Shown here: positions 11,720 through 24,099 of the stretch, one piece after another
How positions within the stretch are numbered: position 1 is the first letter of the stretch
How the letters are laid out: each line of letters begins with the position of its first letter
Assembly: GCF_988243305.1 (NCBI RefSeq)
Contig: NZ_OZ547136.1
Reading direction: 5' to 3' (one strand)
DNA: 64,000 bases
The notes under the pieces: generated by a model
What the model was told of the DNA's origin: nothing
The model's input: only the letters and a program-made list of their open reading frames with translations
Databases searched by the model: none
Program-made: the position numbers and the translations under genes

Positions 11720-11889
11720 GCGAATTTTCTTTATCACACAATATTTAGATAAGCAAATTGAGTAATTATTCTGTAAAGCATTCAGCGAATGCCTGTTATG
11801 TCACAAAAATTATTTACAGATCACATAAGTCATTTTCAAATGGCTTTGACTCTGGAAAAATAAGGTGTGCACTACTGTACGGGGTGAGC

Positions 11890-12895
11890 AACACTGGTGA
11901 TGGCGGGGTATTGTTTCATGAAATGCTAAATAACTGCTCCTAATGCCGCTACACTTTAGCCAGCCCATGTTTTCCACCGGGAAATGGGCTGACGGTATCC
12001 ATAAAGTGACGAACCTTTTTCAACAACTGCCACATTGAACGGCACTGGTGATTTCGGGTTACTGTCTCATGAAGCGCCTGCCATAACCGTTCGATATGAT
12101 TGACCCACGGCGAGTAAACCGGCTGATAAATTATCCTGAACTTCGAGTTTGCTTTCAGCCAGCGCAACGTTTCACGGCTTTTGTGGATGATGTAGTTATC
12201 GACAATGAGTGTAATCGTTTTTGCCCGCCGGTATGTCGCTTTCAGGTGTTTTAACAGACTGATAAATAAGGACGAACCTTTACTGTTCCCACCAACGTAG
12301 CTGACTTTTCCCGTACCGCTGTGCAGCGCACCGGCAAGATAGTACTTTTCATTCTGACCCGGCGTGACAACGCGCTTTTGCTGCCCACGTAGCTGCCAGC
12401 CTGCACCAATTTTGGGATTGAGGTGAATATCCACTTCATCTTCGTAAAACACGGGGTTTTCCGCACAGCATTTCGCCAGTGCTTCATGAATAGCGACCAT
12501 TTTTTCTTCTTTGTGTGGGTCACGGATACGCAGTGTCGGCGCAGTTCTCCGCCATACCAGTCCGGCAGCAGGCAACCAGCGGCATATACACTCGGCAGGT
12601 AATGATTTGTCCATTAACACCCGACTGCGTGAACCAGTTAATCCAGGGTCCAACATAGGAACGGACTCAGCAGAGCATTCTAGCAACATCGCTGACACGG
12701 TGGAGCCATTGCAGTATCACCATAGCAGTCAGTCTGCGGGCATAATTTTTATCGTGTGTTTTGTGGATAGCTTTCTGTATCAGGTGTCGTTCGTTACAGG
12801 GAATTGGCTCTATGATTGGCATAGTTCAGTCCGGTTGGTGATTTGTTTTAATTTGTCGATTGAACAAACGCACAATCCGGGCTGAGTTCCCTCAA
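11890..12895 (-). mobile_element. IS630-family element, apparently defective (approximate ends)
   Basis: Transposase reading frame recognisable in two frames: N-terminus MPIIEPIPCNERHLIQKAIHKTHDKNYARRLTAM... from ATG at 12820-12822, ending at an in-frame TGA; C-terminal DDE part in ORF 11949..12698. Element ends not mapped. Confidence 0.6.
11949..12822 (-). pseudogene. IS630-family (Tc1/mariner-like) transposase, disrupted by premature stop/frameshift
   Basis: C-terminal 249-aa ORF ...DPHKEEKMVAIHEALAKCCAENPVFYEDEVDIHLNPKIGAGWQLRGQQKRVVTPGQNEKYYLAGALHSGTGK...DNYIIHKSRET... The N-terminal segment is in a different frame and stops at TGA. Confidence 0.6.
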
Positions 12896-15010
12896 AGTGA
12901 TCTACTATTCCGTGCAGCTATTTAGATCAAGGCTAAGGCAGGAATTTTATGTAATTAATGCTAGAGGTAAACGTTGTGGGTAAATGGTTTGCATGGTTAA
13001 TATTTAACCATAAGGAATAAGAGGTATTGCAGAATTAATTCCGTATAGTTATTCTTCTTGTAAGAAGATTTTTGGGTGCTAGTGATAAATTACAGAGCCT
13101 ATAGAAATGTAAAGTAACAAATCACAGAATAAGGATACAATAGCATAATTTATTGTCACACAAAGCCCCAAGACATTCTGTAATAAAAGGAATTTCCATA
13201 AGAAGAACCATTGACAATAATATGAGCACCACCATTGTAGAGATATTTATTTATGACTGAAAAGGAACTCCAAAATTTGGCTATTTCTATATATGAAAGG
13301 CAACGAGAGAAGTTATCACGTGAGACAGAGTGTAATAAATCTACCTCAATAAGATTTGCCCTAGAAGATTTCCTAAAGAATGCTCCGAAACGTATGCGAT
13401 CTGCGCGTGCTCGCCCCCCAGGGTAATAAATGTCGCAAACTCTGATAATATTTTTATGAAAACAAGCATATTTACAAACGTAAACTAATGATTCTAATTT
13501 GACAGAATATAAACTATAAGTATTAATAAATACCATACGGAGCAGAAAAAAATATCAAAATGAGTTAATTTGATTAGAAAGATTTATCCCATTTATAAAG
13601 ATAATTGTAGAAAGATTCATTGACTCTAAGAGCAAATAAGGAGAGGGCATACAGGATATAACTAGTACTCATAATAAAAATCCCTCTACCGATATAAGTA
13701 AAATTTATTTCCCAGACGAGTTTTTAATAATACATATCAGAAACAGTGCTAAACGATGGGCCGTAATCCTCATGAATAGTAACTCATGGTTATTTTACAC
13801 TGGATTATCGGTGGGGTAATTCTGATAATAGAAACACCTGAAAAACTAAAATCATTAATTTTAAAATACAACCATATACTCATCAAACTCTCGATACACC
13901 ATTCTTCTTTTAAAGTAAAGAAAAACTCTATCTGTGCTTATGTTCCACAACATAAATAGAATAAAAAAATTAAGGATTTATATATTAAGAGTGAATTTAC
14001 ATTTTAGGCTAACTTTAGTACATATTAATTATTGTTTCTTATTAATTTTAAACTTCAAAAGCTATATCAAGGGTTGCCACTTCTATCTGCGACTAACAGC
14101 ATATCTATCAGCAACAATTGATTAATTCCAGCACCTCATGTCGGCGCGATCTGGTGGAAAAGCCATTCCACCAAAACAACCCCAAGCGCTGGCACGTTGG
14201 GGAGATCTGCACTGTGAACCAGCTGGCAATGAGCCGCTTTATTATCGAGTTCGGTGACCGCCTAGACGGTCACTTCTGAGAAAAGGCATTTACACAGAAT
14301 CCTAAACCGGCTCGCAGGTTTCCCCCACTCCCCATCCGCACTCAAGTTCAGACGGCGAATAACATAGCTAATCAGCTCATTACGGAATGACTACCATCCA
14401 GATAGTGTGCCGCAGTTTAAGGTTCGGTCAACCGCTTTTTAACCATTCAGCATTGCCTACAATACAAATAAGGAGCCTTATATTATGCCTAATCTCTGTA
14501 TGCTGCATAGTGCCGGGTGCCTCCCGGTGAGTCCAGCCTGGTGTCTCTGAACCCGCATAGAAAGGATTAGGGTAATATAAAAACAAACACCTGTTACTGA
14601 TATGCTCCGCCGCTTAGGGGAGTTCACCATACATTTTTATTTTTAACAAAAAAGCTCAAGGCGACAATAATAAATACTATAAAATGTGAGCAGCATAACA
14701 TTTTAACTTAGTAACTAATATTCACTAAACTTACCAATTCACATACGCCCCACGGCATGGCAAAGCTTCGTTACGTTAGTTTATACCACATAGGTATTAT
14801 TACCAAACTAAATAATCACTTTACGCTCTGTATTTTGCCTGTTTTCACTGCGGTTTTTCTCAATACCCCGTCCAGAATAACGTTAACACATTATTAACTT
14901 AAATCCGGAGAACATGATGATGACTGGATTCAAACACACTTAACATGAATATCCTCTATCCATTAAAATAACTGTCATTGAGCCGGTTGAAAAAACGAGA
15001 TGAACTATAA

Positions 15011-15184
15011 ACAGATCTAGCAGTGGCATGGCTGGCGAATGGCGTTATCAATCCACTGCCTTTACTGAGTGCTGAATATCCCTTCACTGACCTGGAAGAG
15101 GTGCTACGTTTCGCCGGTGATAAAACCCAGGCATCAAAAGTCCAGCTTGTTTTCTTAGAGATAAATAAAGGAATAATACAATGA
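15011..15184 (+). pseudogene. idnD: 3'-terminal remnant of L-idonate 5-dehydrogenase gene
   Basis: Short in-frame stretch ...AWLANGVINPLPLLSAEYPFTDLEEVLRFAGDKTQASKVQLVF... resembles the IdnD C-terminus. Its stop overlaps the idnO ATG (ATGA). Everything upstream is replaced by AT-rich DNA. Confidence 0.45.
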
Positions 15185-15800
15185 ACAAGCAATTTTCACT
15201 GGCAGAAAAAATATCTTGATTACCGGATCAGCACAGGGCATTGGCTTTTTACTGGCAACCGGTCTGGGTAAATATGGCGCACAAATAATTATTAATAATA
15301 TTACTGCCGAACGCGCATAACTTGCTGTAGAAAAACTCCACCAGGTGGGTATTCAGGCCGTTGCCGCACCTTTTAATGTTACTCATAAACATGAAATTGA
15401 TGCCGCCGTTGAACATATCGAAAAGGACATCGGCCCCATTGATGTGCTGGTGAATAACGCCGGTATCCAGCGCCGTCATCCTTTTACTGAGTTCCCTGAA
15501 CAAGAGTGGAATGATGTGATCGCAGTAAACCAGACCGCCGTGTTCCTGGTGTCGCAAGCGGTAACCCGTCACATGGTTGAACGCAAGGCAGGTAAAGTTA
15601 TTAATATTTGCTCGATGCAAAGCGAACTGGGACGTGGCACCATCACCCCTTATGCCGCATCGAAAGGGGCGGTAAAAATGCTCACCCGCGGCATGTGCGT
15701 CGAGCTGGCGTGCCACAATATTCAGGTCAACGGTATTGCGCCGGGCTATTTCAAAACAGAAATGACTAAAGCACTGGTTGAGGACGAAGCCTTCACCGCC
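15181..15800 (+). pseudogene. idnO: 5-keto-D-gluconate 5-reductase (SDR) gene, inactivated
   Basis: ATG at 15181 reads MNKQFSLAEK then hits a stop after 12 codons. SDR frame resumes in another frame (ITGSAQGIGFLL...) and contains an in-frame TAA at 15318-15320. The SDR catalytic region is intact in ORF 15345..15863 but the 3' end diverges. Confidence 0.6.
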
Positions 15801-15805
15801 TGGTT

Positions 15806-16003
15806 GTGCAAGAACAAATTTCCATTGCGGGTTTTTATGGGCTGGAGATTGGCAGGCAAATGATCCCAAGCCTCGCCAGCGTAATTACTCCCCGTTTTGA
15901 TATTGGTCGGATGGCCGCCCAAATGTTGCTGAGCAAAATTAAGAATAACGATCACAACACTGTTGACCTCGGGTATCAGATTTATCACTGTAACACGCTT
16001 TAG
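15806..16003 (+). pseudogene. idnR: 3' remnant of LacI-family regulator gene, fused downstream of idnO remnant
   Basis: ORF ...[55 protein letters not shown] resembles a LacI/GntR-type C-terminus. The transporter gene expected between idnO and idnR is missing. Confidence 0.4.
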
Positions 16004-16080
16004 GTTATTTTCTCTTCATTACACGTATTCTCTTTGCCGGACGTTGCCTATACTCCAAGCAGGAAACTGGAGGAAATCTC

Positions 16081-16745
16081 ATGAGCGCCTCCCTGTTAAT
16101 TGCCCGCATGCCAATACGGTGGGGTGGGATATCTTTGGCGAGAAAGGCCATCCGGTGCGGGCAACGGTTTCAGACCTAGGGCCACTGTTGCTGGCGTGGC
16201 TGTTGAATCTCAACGATGTGCAGTCTGGCGTGCTGGATATCATTTTCCGCATTGCTGATGATCAGGGATTGTTGCTGCTCGACTTTAAAGATCTGCGGGC
16301 AATTACCCAGTACATCGGCGATAACGCCAAATCCTTCCAGAATCAGTACGGTAATATCAGTAGCGCATCGGTTGGTGCCATCCCGCGCGGATTACTGTCG
16401 CTGGAGCAACAAGGCGCAGAGCATTTCTTTGGCGAGCCGATGCTGGATATCAAAGACTGGATGCGCACCGATACCAACGGTAAAGGCGTTATTAATATCC
16501 TCAGCGCCGAGAAGCTTTATCAGATGCCGAAACTGTATGCAGCCAGTCTGCTGTGGATGCTCTCGGAGCTGTATGAACAATTGCCGGAAGCGGGCGATCT
16601 GGAGAAACCAAAACTGGTGTTTTTCTTCGACGAAGCGCATCTGCTGTTTAACGATGCAGCACTGGTACTGCTGGATAAGATTGAGCAGGTGATAAGGCTT
16701 ATTCGCTCAAAAGGCGTTGTCGTCAGAACGGCTTCCCCTGTGTGA
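16081..16745 (+). pseudogene. yjgR: DUF853/HerA-like ATPase gene with internal deletion and 3' truncation
   Basis: ATG at 16081 encodes MSASLLIAR then shifts frame. ORF 15963..16745 carries the central region (...[24 protein letters not shown]...[17 protein letters not shown]...) but ends prematurely with unrelated residues. Confidence 0.55.
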
Positions 16746-17258
16746 CAAAGCCATAGCTCAGGTGCGTGCGGTCCGCACGGCGCGGAGCCTGAGGGCTTCA
16801 CGGCGGAGGATATGCGGACCATCGGGCGCTACCTGCACTGCGAGGCGAATTGGAACATCGACTCGGACTTGAGCCTGTGAGGGGGGCCGTCCTCGGGAGA
16901 AGTTTTTCTGCGAAATAACTATGCGCCGACGGACGAACACTCGTTCGTGTGGCCTATGGCCCAGGGCAAAGGCTGGGGGGCCCCTATTAAGTTGTCAAGA
17001 ATGTTTATTACACCAGCGGGGTATAAAAAGTACCGTCACGCATCATGGCGAATAGAACGTCGCAGCGCCTTGTTCACAGTGTTTTCACTCGTGGTTATCT
17101 GTACCCGTGAATATCAGACCATTGTCACCAGCCCATGCCTGTAATTCTGTCAGAATGGCTACAGCCTGTTTGTTGGGTGGTACAAGATGCAGTGCCCTCT
17201 GGTTCCCTCTGATGAGAGTCCTGGCGGGGTGAACAAATAAAAAAGAAAACATAAATAA

Positions 17259-17296
17259 AACCATCCGGCTTTTGGGGCCGGATGGTTATTCATTAT
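17259..17296 (-). terminator. Hairpin terminator downstream of integrase gene
   Basis: CCATCCGGC / GCCGGATGG 9-bp stem (17264-17291) flanked by A/T runs on both sides. Confidence 0.5.
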
Positions 17297-17321
17297 TTCT
17301 GTGTCACTGAATTTTCATTCA

Positions 17322-18503
17322 TCAGGTCTGCTCAGAAAGTGAATCAATGTAGTCAGCGTACCATTGCATCATTTCACGGCGACCATCGAGATACTGTGCG
17401 TGGTTATAGGTACCGCGCATGATGTTTTTATCAACATGGGCAAGCTGGAGTTCAATCCAGGCAGAGCTGAAATCATGGTCATGGAGAATGGTACTGAAAG
17501 TATGCCGAAAACCATGAGCTGTAGTGAATGTATGCCAGCCAACTTGTTGAAGAAACTCATTGATGCAACCACGGCTACGAGGTTGATTACCCCTGTATAC
17601 ACCAGGAATAACCAGATCTGAGTTACGGGGATTTGTGATTATTTTTATATCTTTCAATAACATTTGAGCCTGATGAGAAAGAGGAACAACATGCGGCCTC
17701 CGCATTTTCATTCTCTCTTTTGGGATTACCCAGAGGGCATTGGTAAAATCAATTTCATCCCAAGTAGCCAGGCGTAATTCTCCCGTTCGAACAGCAGTCA
17801 GAACCAGTATCCGCGTTACCAGAGACATAAAATTTCCTGAAACTTTCATTTGGTACATGAAAGCTCCTAACTGTTCTTCAGATAGCATCCGTCTCTGCTG
17901 TTTTTCAGGATGCAGAACAACACTGCTGAGAGTCGATGCTGGGTTAATAGTGGCGCGCCCCGTCGCAATGGCATAATCAAATATTTGAGAACAGAGCTGA
18001 CGAGTCTTACGTAACGCTTCAAGTTTGCCATTCCTTTCAATAACCCTCAGTGCATTCAATATTTCCAAGGGGCGAATATCAGCCACAGGACGCTTCCCTA
18101 GCGTGGGATTAATATGATTCTCGAATCTTGCACGCTGGTCCGCTAAATAACCCGCAGTCCAACGACAAGCCATATGTGTGAACAACTCTTCTGCAAGAGT
18201 ACAAAATGTGCATGCAATACTTTCTCTTAGTGCATGTTTACTCGCCTGTTTTTCATATGAAGGATCTTTTCCTTCAGCCAGGAGTTTACGTGCGTCATCC
18301 CGTTTCTGACGCGCCAGAGCCAGTGATATGCCTGGATAGACACCAATCACCAATTTCTTTTCTTTACCCGCAAATCGATACTTCAGATTCCAGTAACGAG
18401 CGCCAGATTTCTTGATAAGAAGGTAAAGTCCTTGACCATCAGAAAGTTTGTAATCCTTGTCAGCGGGTTTGGCCGACTCAATTTGTCGAACAGTAAGTGG
18501 CAT
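17322..18503 (-). CDS. Tyrosine recombinase, P4-type phage/island integrase
   Basis: 393-aa ORF MPLTVRQIESAKPADKDYKLSDGQGLYLLIKKSGARYWNLKYRF... with C-terminal catalytic region ...HGFRHTFSTIL...LAHVDKNIMRGTYNHAQY (R..HxxR..Y). No tRNA gene adjacent. Confidence 0.85.
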   Translation of the reverse strand: MPLTVRQIESAKPADKDYKLSDGQGLYLLIKKSGARYWNLKYRFAGKEKKLVIGVYPGISLALARQKRDDARKLLAEGKDPSYEKQASKHALRESIACTFCTLAEELFTHMACRWTAGYLADQRARFENHINPTLGKRPVADIRPLEILNALRVIERNGKLEALRKTRQLCSQIFDYAIATGRATINPASTLSSVVLHPEKQQRRMLSEEQLGAFMYQMKVSGNFMSLVTRILVLTAVRTGELRLATWDEIDFTNALWVIPKERMKMRRPHVVPLSHQAQMLLKDIKIITNPRNSDLVIPGVYRGNQPRSRGCINEFLQQVGWHTFTTAHGFRHTFSTILHDHDFSSAWIELQLAHVDKNIMRGTYNHAQYLDGRREMMQWYADYIDSLSEQT

Positions 18504-18678
18504 GATGTTAACTCCGAAAAGTAGCCCCCAGAGTAGCCCCCAAAATCATCTTGATGCTCATGGAAGATGGTTTACATCCAGAGTAAAAGAATTTCTGATA
18601 ATACCTTATTTTAACGTGTGTTAAAGGGGATGAAGAGAGTTCTGTTGAAATCAGTCGAAATAAATAGGGCTTAATAAA

Positions 18679-19493
18679 TCCTCCCCGCCGGGGAGTGCTG
18701 GCTGGAACGCCTGCGACTGGCAAAAACGTTGGGCTTCGATTTTGTCGAGATGTCGGTAGATGAAACTGACGAGCGCCTGTCGCGCCTCGACTGGAGCCGC
18801 GAGCAGCGTCTGGCGCTGGTGAATGCGATTGTTGAAACCGGCGTGCGTGTGCCGTCCATGTGCCTTTCTGCCCATCGTCGTTTTCCGTTGGGCAGCGAAG
18901 ATGACGCGGTGCGGGCGCAGGGGCTGGAGATTATGCATAAAGCCATCCAGTTCGCCCAGGACGTTGGCATTCGCGTGATCCAGCTGGCGGGCTATGACGT
19001 TTACTATCAGGAAGTCAATAACGAAACGCGTCGTCGTTTCCGTGACGGCCTGAAAGAGAGCGTTGAGATGGCAAGCCGCGCGCAGGTGACGCTGGCGATG
19101 GAGATCATGGATTATCCGTTGATGAACTCCATCAGCAAGGCGCTGGGTTACGCGCACTATCTCAACAACCCGTGGTTCCAGCTCTACCCGGATATCGGCA
19201 ACCTGTCGGCGTGGGACAACGATGTGCAGATGGAGTTGCAGGCCGGAATCGGGCATATCGTCGCGGTACATGTGAAAGACACCAAACCTGGCGTCTTCAA
19301 AAACGTGCCGTTTGGCGAAGGTGTAGTGGATTTCGAACGTTGTTTCGAAACGCTCAAACAGAGTGGCTATTGCGGGCCGTACCTGATTGAGATGTGGAGC
19401 GAAACGGCGGAAGACCCGGCGGCAGAAGTGGCGAAAGCGCGTGATTGGGTGAAAGCGCGCATGGCGAAAGCGGGCATGGTGGAGGCGGCATAA
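18679..19493 (+). pseudogene. ulaE: L-ribulose-5-phosphate 3-epimerase gene, 5'-truncated
   Basis: Reading frame begins mid-protein (...[32 protein letters not shown]...). The first ~13 codons and upstream ula genes are absent; homology starts abruptly about 180 bp from the integrase start. No ATG. Confidence 0.65.
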
Positions 19494-20179
19494 TGCAAAA
19501 GCTAAAACAGCAGGTATTTGAAGCCAACATGGAGCTGCCGCGCTACGGGCTGGTGACCTTTACCTGGGGCAACGTCAGCGCTATCGACCGCGAACGCGGG
19601 CTGGTGGTGATCAAGCCCAGCGGCGTTGCCTACGAAACCATGAAAGCGGCCGATATGGTGGTGGTTGATATGAGCGGCAAGGTGGTGGAAGGGGAGTATC
19701 GCCCATCTTCCGACACTGCGACGCATCTCGAACTCTACCGTCGTTACCCGTCGCTTGGCGGCATTGTCCATACCCACTCCACTCATGCCACCGCATGGGC
19801 GCAGGCGGGGCTGGCAATTCCGGCGCTAGGCACCACGCACGCCGACTACTTCTTTGGCGATATCCCGTGCACGCGCGGATTAAGCGAAGAAGAGGTGCAG
19901 GGCGAGTATGAACTGAACACCGGCGAAGTGATTATCGAAACGCTGGGTGACGCCGAGCCGCTGCATACGCCGGGGATTGTGGTGTATCAGCACGGGCCGT
20001 TCGCCTGGGGGAAAGATGCTCACGATGCGGTGCATAACGCGGTAGTGATGGAAGAAGTGGCGAAAATGGCGTGGATTGCGCGCAGTATTAACCCACAACT
20101 GAATCACATCGACAGCTTCCTCATGAATAAACACTTCATGCGTAAGCACGGTCCTAACGCTTATTACGGGCAGAAGTAA
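19493..20179 (+). CDS. ulaF: L-ribulose-5-phosphate 4-epimerase
   Basis: 228-aa protein [34 protein letters not shown]...; ATG overlaps the ulaE stop (TAATG). Confidence 0.85.
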   Translation: MQKLKQQVFEANMELPRYGLVTFTWGNVSAIDRERGLVVIKPSGVAYETMKAADMVVVDMSGKVVEGEYRPSSDTATHLELYRRYPSLGGIVHTHSTHATAWAQAGLAIPALGTTHADYFFGDIPCTRGLSEEEVQGEYELNTGEVIIETLGDAEPLHTPGIVVYQHGPFAWGKDAHDAVHNAVVMEEVAKMAWIARSINPQLNHIDSFLMNKHFMRKHGPNAYYGQK

Positions 20180-20307
20180 AACACGCGCTGCGGAAATTTC
20201 CTTCTTCGGGAGATAACTGGTCTAATTCCGCAGCCGTTTTTCAAAAAAAGCCCCCTGCGAAGGGGGCAAAGCAAACTATGGCAATGTTTCGTTGGTTATA
20301 CCTGGTG

Positions 20308-20583
20308 CTAGCGATAAATATCCGCGCTGGCGTGCATATTGCCGTTACTCCCCGGTTCCCGCATCAGAATTACGTGGTAGTACGTTGCGCCCTGCGCATC
20401 TGTTTCTTCATTTAATGCCTGACGTGCTTCACTTTCAGTGGCGAAATTATGATTGATATAAATCACGCCTAAGCTTTGCATATCGTCCATATTTCTGGCC
20501 TGGTGGTTATTGATTTCAATGGCTGCCCATGTATTTGCACTTAGCAAAAGCACAGCCAGAAGGGCTAAAACTCGACTGAACAT
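20308..20583 (-). CDS. yjfY: Small secreted protein YjfY (DUF1471)
   Basis: 91-aa product MFSRVLALLAVLLLSANTWAA... with signal peptide; start chosen at internal ATG 20581-20583. Confidence 0.75.
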   Translation of the reverse strand: MFSRVLALLAVLLLSANTWAAIEINNHQARNMDDMQSLGVIYINHNFATESEARQALNEETDAQGATYYHVILMREPGSNGNMHASADIYR

Positions 20584-20891
20584 AGATACCTCCTCGACGG
20601 CTGACTTTGTGTGCTCTCCTCTGTGATGATCTTCTGATTTAATTTTAATCAATGATAAAGAAGTTGATGGTGACCATTTCTGATGCAGTTGTTCAAAAAA
20701 ACACCATGATGAAGTGTGATGAACTCCAAATCAGCGGTTTAGAGGTTAATTGCGAAAGGGGAGATTTATTTCGGCTCTGCCCTTGAGTTTAGCGGGGCAT
20801 ACAAGTACTATAACGCGTCATTTTTCAGCCGACCTTTAACACGTTCCTTGCCTCCCCGGGATTCGGCTGACCCAGACAGGAGGCTGAATAA

Positions 20892-21305
<414 letters not shown>

Positions 21306-21311
21306 TTTCTG

Positions 21312-21858
<547 letters not shown>

Positions 21859-21887
21859 TCGGTCACGGTCCATTAATACGACTTTGA

Positions 21888-22349
<462 letters not shown>

Positions 22350-22371
22350 TTCGTTATTCAACGAGACGTAA

Positions 22372-22402
22372 AAACGCCGACCATTGGTCGGCGTTTTGCT
22401 TT
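22372..22402 (+). terminator. Rho-independent terminator of rpsF-priB-rpsR-rplI operon
   Basis: ACGCCGACC-ATTG-GTCGGCGT hairpin followed by TTTGCTTT. Confidence 0.7.
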
Positions 22403-22450
22403 ATAGCGAAAGCGTTACAACTGGTAGTATAACGCTCTGATATCTATTAA

Positions 22451-23267
22451 TTAGCTTGTCGCTAACTGTACTTGCGGTTCTTCATCTTTAACTTTGATAA
22501 GCGTCCACAGCGCAATGGCGCCAATAATGTCAAAGAAAGCCAGGGCAATAAAGAACGGCGCGAAGCCGATAATGTGAACGAATGCCCCGATAAACAGGTT
22601 GAAAATCAACTGACCGCTCCACGCACAGGCTCCTGCCATACCCACTGCGGTAGCTACTTCGTCTTTTTTGAACAGATCGCCACCCAGAGTTGCTGCTACA
22701 GTAGAAAGACATTGATGCGAGAACGCGCCAATACTAATCAGTAATACGGCAATGTAGGGATTTTCGACAATACTCACCAGGCCAATCGTCATCATAATGA
22801 CGGCTGCAATAGTGAAGGTAATTCTTCGTGAGTTAATTAAACTCACGCCGCGATCGTGGAAGAACTTCGCGACAAAACCACTGGCTAAACAGCCGAGATC
22901 GCCCAGCAGGAAAGGCAGCCAGACGAACATGGCAATTTCTTTCAGGCTAAAATGCAGCGTTTCGACGAAGAAAATCGGCACCCAGAAGTTAATGGTTCCC
23001 CATGCCGGGTCTGCGAGAAAACGCGCGATGCCAATCCCCCAGAAATTACGTTGGCTGAGGATATGCTTGATTGACGTTTTTTCTTTCTTATCTGTTTTAA
23101 GATGCTGTTCTTGTCCTGATTCAATATAGTGGCGCTCTTCATCAGAAAGGCGTTTGGCATCTTTCGGATCTTTATAACAAAAGAACCAAAATAAAGCCGC
23201 GAGCAAAGCAAGGCTACCTGAAACAATAAACGCAAATTGCCAGCTATGAAACATAATGCACCAGGCA
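22451..23267 (-). pseudogene. Polytopic membrane transporter-like gene (MFS C-terminal half), 5'-truncated by IS1
   Basis: Hydrophobic multi-TM ORF. Its apparent start codon lies inside the IS1 terminal repeat (23268-23281), so the N-terminal part of the gene is missing. Confidence 0.5.
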
Positions 23268-23282
23268 GGTAATGACTCCAAC

Positions 23283-23786
23283 TTATTGATAGTGTTTTAT
23301 GTTCAGATAATGCCCGATGACTTTGTCATGCAGCTCCACCGATTTTGAGAACGACAGCGACTTCCGTCCCAGCCGTGCCAGGTGCTGCCTCAGATTCAGG
23401 TTATGCCGCTCAATTCGCTGCGTATATCGCTTGCTGATTACGTGCAGCTTTCCCTTCAGGCGGGATTCATACAGCGGCCAGCCATCCGTCATCCATATCA
23501 CCACGTCAAAGGGTGACAGCAGGCTCATAAGACGCCCCAGCGTCGCCATAGTGCGTTCACCGAATACGTGCGCAACAACCGTCTTCCGGAGACTGTCATA
23601 CGCGTAAAACAGCCAGCGCTGGCGCGATTTAGCCCCGACATAGCCCCACTGTTCGTCCATTTCCGCGCAGACGATGACGTCACTGCCCGGCTGTATGCGC
23701 GAGGTTACCGACTGCGGCCTGAGTTTTTTAAGTGACGTAAAATCGTGTTGAGGCCAACGCCCATAATGCGTGCAGTTGCCCGGCAT
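23283..23786 (-). CDS. insB: IS1 transposase InsB frame
   Basis: 167-aa ORF ...[44 protein letters not shown]... Confidence 0.85.
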
Positions 23787-23980
23787 CCAACGCCATTCAT
23801 GGCCATATCAATGATTTTCTGGTGCGTACCGGGTTGAGAAGCGGTGTAAGTGAACTGCAGTTGCCATGTTTTACGGCAGTGAGAGCAGAGATAGCGCTGA
23901 TGTCCGGCAGTGCTTTTGCCGTTACGCACCACCCCGTCAGTAGCTGAACAGGAGGGACAGCTGATAGAAACAGAAGCCAC
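23705..23980 (-). CDS. insA: IS1 InsA (DNA-binding repressor)
   Basis: 91-aa [43 protein letters not shown]... Confidence 0.85.
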
Positions 23981-24099
23981 TGGAGCACCTCAAAAACACC
24001 ATCATACACTAAATCAGTAAGTTGGCAGCATCACCCTGGAAGCCAGACGTAAGGTCATCAAAGAGACAATCCTTAGCTGGCTTTTGGTTGACCCTTCAT

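Larger units (their letters stand above)
23268..24025 (-). mobile_element. IS1 insertion sequence
   Basis: Terminal sequences GGTAATGACTCCAACTTATTGATAGTG (23268-) and GGTGATGCTGCCAAC (reverse complement ending 24025); insA and insB inside. Confidence 0.85.

Noticed and set aside
13156-13536. 126-aa minus-strand ORF in very AT-rich DNA
   Set aside because: Low-complexity, tyrosine/asparagine/isoleucine-rich translation in about 25% GC sequence without RBS; probably not a gene. A degraded remnant cannot be excluded.
15249-15869. 206-aa minus-strand ORF overlapping idnO
   Set aside because: Opposite strand of the SDR reading frame, which carries clear dehydrogenase motifs; judged a shadow ORF.
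18504-18700. Expected tRNA gene next to the P4-type integrase
   Set aside because: No sequence with tRNA-like GC-rich acceptor/T-arm features (e.g. GGTTCGAATCC) on either strand; the integrase instead abuts truncated ulaE.
18651-19271. 206-aa minus-strand ORF overlapping ulaE
   Set aside because: Antisense to the ulaE reading frame, which has clear sugar-phosphate epimerase similarity.
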